Part shown: positions 61,086-64,000 of the stretch, piece by piece | Layout of the letters: each line of letters opens with the position of its first letter | How positions within the stretch are numbered: position 1 is the stretch's first letter | NCBI GenBank assembly: GCA_963833985.1 | Contig: CAWIAD010000002.1 | Coordinates: forward strand, 1,216,001-1,280,000 | Length of the DNA: 64,000 bases | Direction of reading: 5' to 3' | Source of the DNA: an uncultured Planctomycetaceae bacterium | Lineage (GTDB): Bacteria > Planctomycetota > Planctomycetia > Isosphaerales > Isosphaeraceae | Notes under the pieces: model-generated | Told to the model about the DNA's origin: nothing | The model's database searches: none | Seen by the model: only the letters and a program-made list of their open reading frames with translations | Program-made: the position numbers and the translations under genes

Positions 61086-62021
61086 ATGCCTTCCGAACTT
61101 GCCGGCAAGCTTCTCGGCGTGCTCGATCAGCTTTCCGGGGGCGTGCATCCCGGCTTCCGTCCCGTTCACGCCAGGGGCGTGATGTTCTCGGGTAAGTTCG
61201 TCCCCGCGCCCGCCGCGGCCGAATTGACGATGGCTCCGCACGCCACACGCCCCTGGACCCCGGTCACCGTGAGGTTCTCCGCCTCGTCCGGCATCCCCAC
61301 CGTGGCCGATAACGCCCCGGAAGGATCGAGTCCGCAGGGGATGGCGACCCGGTTCCACCTGGCCGAGCACGTCCATACCGACATCATCGCCCACTCGTTC
61401 AACGGATTCCCGGCACGAACCGGGGAGGAGGTGCTGGAGTTCTTCGAGGCGGCTGCCGCAAGCGGGCCAGGGGCTCCGGCACCGCCGCCGATCGTGGCGT
61501 TTCTGGCCGCTCACCCGGCGGCGAAAGCCTTCGTCGAGGCCCCGAAGCCGATCCCATCGAGCCTGGCGCGCCAGCCCTATTTCGCGGTCAACGCCTTCCA
61601 GTTCACGAACGCCGGCGGCCGGAGCCGGTTCGGCCGGTTCCGCCTTGTCCCCGATGCGGGGACCGATTTCTTGACCCCCGATCAAGCGAGCCGCAAGACG
61701 GCTGACTTCCTCGCCGCCGAGATGTCCGAGCGTCTTGCAAAGGGTCCGGTGATCTTCCATGCGCTGGTGCAACTGGCCGAGGACGGTGACGACGTGACCG
61801 ACGCCACCGTGATCTGGCCCGAGACCCGGCACCTCGTGGAGTTCGGCACCGTCACGCTGAGCGAGCGGATCGACGAGCTGGCGCCTGAGCATCGAAAGAT
61901 CATCTTCGATCCGGTCCCGAGGGTGGACGGGATCGATCCCTCGGGCGATCCTCTCATCGACGTGCGGGCAGATGTCTACCTGCTGAGCGGCCGCAGGCGG
62001 CGCGCAGACGCGGCGAAATGA
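61086..62021 (+). CDS. Catalase-related peroxidase (SrpA-like)
   Basis: GFRPVHARG, VRFSASSG, GMATRF, IFDP...DGI..SGDPL..R..VY. Confidence 0.88.
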   Translation: MPSELAGKLLGVLDQLSGGVHPGFRPVHARGVMFSGKFVPAPAAAELTMAPHATRPWTPVTVRFSASSGIPTVADNAPEGSSPQGMATRFHLAEHVHTDIIAHSFNGFPARTGEEVLEFFEAAAASGPGAPAPPPIVAFLAAHPAAKAFVEAPKPIPSSLARQPYFAVNAFQFTNAGGRSRFGRFRLVPDAGTDFLTPDQASRKTADFLAAEMSERLAKGPVIFHALVQLAEDGDDVTDATVIWPETRHLVEFGTVTLSERIDELAPEHRKIIFDPVPRVDGIDPSGDPLIDVRADVYLLSGRRRRADAAK

Positions 62022-62395
62022 GACCTCGGCCGGGGTTGACGCTCGATGATGAGCATCGATTCACCGAAGACCCGCATCCGAGATGCCGGCTGCGCTGAGC
62101 GATGGCTACTCGAACATCGCGATTGGTAGGTTCCTGGACTTAACGGATGCGGCCGTCAGGATCATGCTGAAGCCGGCGGGAATCAGGCGGGCGAATCGGG
62201 TTCTCTCGTCCCTCCACGATTGGCAGGCAGTCATCATCAGGGCCGAACTCAAGGCGAAACTGGCTCAGAAGGATACGGCGAATGGGACGGTGATCGCAGG
62301 TTGATTCGACCATCTCATCGGGGGATTGCCCGGGCCGGAGTTGCACGCGAAGATCGTGGAGACGCTCAAGGGGGAGCCCCGTCCGCCGGATGACC

Positions 62396-63826
62396 CTAAG
62401 AGCCGTCAGTCGCCGACGGCTTCGGCAACTTACCCTCGAGTCCCTTGTACCTCTCGACCGCCTTCTTGAAGGCTGAGCCGTCGTCGATGAACTTCCGCTG
62501 CTGACGCTGCTCGTTCGCCACGGCGAAAAGCCTGCGCACGATGGCCGGGCTGCTTTCGTTGGCCGCGTCGCTGCGACCGCTTTCCTTGTCTGGCCGCCAG
62601 GTCTCGATCAGCTCGGGGACGATTTCGAGGAGAAACTTCACGCGGGTGGCCCGGGCGAGCTTCGGATCTTCGAGCTTCGCCAGAACCTGGGCAGGAGTTC
62701 GCTGAGCGGTGCCGGAAACAACCTTGATCGGTCCGTCGTCCGCTGGCGTCGGTTCAAACGCCGTCCGCGCAAAAGGCTGGAGTGCGAGCTTCTCCGCTTT
62801 GAGGGGATCGCGGTCCAACACACCTGCTTTGTATGCATGCACCTCCTCGAGGATGCCACGCAATGCGGTGGCGAGCGGCGTCCGGGACTCCGCCCGCGAC
62901 GGATCGAGAGAGACGCGCAGGAGGTTCGCGAGGTGCTCGTTCTGGAGCCTCCGATCGCTCGGGTAGCGTTCCGCTGCCTGCATGAGCAGCCCATTGGCCC
63001 ACCGCGTCTGCCCCGCCCTGGCTTCGATCAGCGTACGCAGCGAGGCCGCCTCACCGTCGTCAAGCGCCCGAACCGGTACCTTCGAATCGGCCGCGGGGCC
63101 GGTGGTCGCTCCCGTCGCCTTTGTCACAGGCGGCATCACTGCTGGACCGCGCGGCGCCGGCTCAGGGGTTGGTGGAGTCTTGACCGTGCCCGCTGACGGG
63201 GCCGGATTGGCCGTGTCGTCATATTGCCGAAGTGGCCCAGTCGGACGCCGCCGTTCCCGAGCAGGCGCCGGCCGGGGTGCCTCGGGTTCCGGTTCGATCT
63301 CGGCAGGCGGTAACGGCGCATCACCGAGCCCGGCCAGGGCGATCGCGTGCAGCCGATCCATGTCGAACACATCGGCATCGAGCTTGCCGAGACGGGGGCC
63401 GGCGATGGGCAGGTCCGTGACCATCTCACCACTTGCCGTCTCGAACTTGGTCAGGACGAGTGCGTCCCCGTCCACCCGGCAGAAAATCTCTCGGACGCGG
63501 ATCTCCTGAGGTTCGCCGGCGCCGTTGACATAGGTGATCCTGATCGAGGGCGTCGAGGGACGTTTGGTCATTCCGTCCCTGTACCTCGGGTCAGCTGCGG
63601 CGGTCGCCAGCAATTGACGGGCGGCATACGAGCCGTATGTGGCGGGATCGGACTGGTCGATCCGCAGGCGTCCCAGTTCATCCTTGAAGACCCGGATCTC
63701 CGGTATCGTCCATGCCGCCGACGCCTGAGGCGCACGGGCTGGTGGTTTCGCCTCTCTCCGCCCGCCTTGATTATTCGCTGCGACCACTGCGACCATCCTC
63801 GCATGTCGGAAGGGTCGACATTCCAT
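62396..63826 (-). CDS. Hypothetical protein (start uncertain)
   Basis: Long ORF with protein-like composition and a Pro/Ala-rich central linker; no recognised motif. Confidence 0.5.
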   Translation of the reverse strand: MECRPFRHARMVAVVAANNQGGRREAKPPARAPQASAAWTIPEIRVFKDELGRLRIDQSDPATYGSYAARQLLATAAADPRYRDGMTKRPSTPSIRITYVNGAGEPQEIRVREIFCRVDGDALVLTKFETASGEMVTDLPIAGPRLGKLDADVFDMDRLHAIALAGLGDAPLPPAEIEPEPEAPRPAPARERRRPTGPLRQYDDTANPAPSAGTVKTPPTPEPAPRGPAVMPPVTKATGATTGPAADSKVPVRALDDGEAASLRTLIEARAGQTRWANGLLMQAAERYPSDRRLQNEHLANLLRVSLDPSRAESRTPLATALRGILEEVHAYKAGVLDRDPLKAEKLALQPFARTAFEPTPADDGPIKVVSGTAQRTPAQVLAKLEDPKLARATRVKFLLEIVPELIETWRPDKESGRSDAANESSPAIVRRLFAVANEQRQQRKFIDDGSAFKKAVERYKGLEGKLPKPSATDGS

Positions 63827-64000
63827 CCCAGGGCCACCTGATCAGAAGGTCCGTTCGTGACGGTGCCTGCCGCCTAGCGCGGTACTCGACCTTCCATCCG
63901 AATCAAGTCACGGGGATTCTTGACCAGGCCTGGCCTTCTGTCTCTTTTGATACTTCATCCCACCGGAAAGTTCCATGGCTTCCGGGCGACCGAGGAGGCG

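Noticed and set aside
62083..62304. 73-aa ORF with a faint helix-turn-helix look
   Set aside because: Too weak to call; no clear RBS.
1..64000. CRISPR arrays, tRNA, rRNA, integrase or att sites bounding the cluster
   Set aside because: None seen by eye: no regularly spaced repeats and no recognisable RNA genes or flanking direct repeats. A covariance-model search would be needed to exclude small RNAs or a cobalamin riboswitch.

Overview
GC-rich bacterial DNA, most likely from a planctomycete (inferred from the Calx-beta/Ig surface protein, Cys-rich HEAT and beta-barrel proteins, and short TssL/TssM genes). It has four blocks. (1) 1-16 kb: envelope genes and a partial T6SS-like module (caspase-like/vWA giant protein, TssL, short TssM). 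(2) 16-27 kb: a mannoside-utilisation locus (GH2, GH125, GH92, MFS, ROK) interrupted by an IS630 and a decayed DUF433/PIN toxin-antitoxin pair; a copy of the antitoxin 5' end forms the start of the GH2 gene. (3) ~27.6-57.9 kb, the main finding: a ~30 kb biosynthetic gene cluster that I do not recognise as described. It centres on a 108-aa candidate RiPP precursor ending FYDNCDCGGTVGTQCW. It also encodes two SPASM radical SAM enzymes, a DMATS-type prenyltransferase, two B12-dependent radical SAMs, a clan CD (C25-like) protease, five predicted oxygenases/oxidases, an NDP-sugar module and an aminocarboxypropyl/decarboxylase module, plus an embedded pheS-pheT pair that may be a self-resistance target copy. 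(4) 58-64 kb: ybaK, MOSC, hydrolases, a catalase-related peroxidase and hypotheticals. At least six genes carry 1-2 nt frameshifts, probably assembly errors. All assignments come from motif recognition by eye; no database searches were run.
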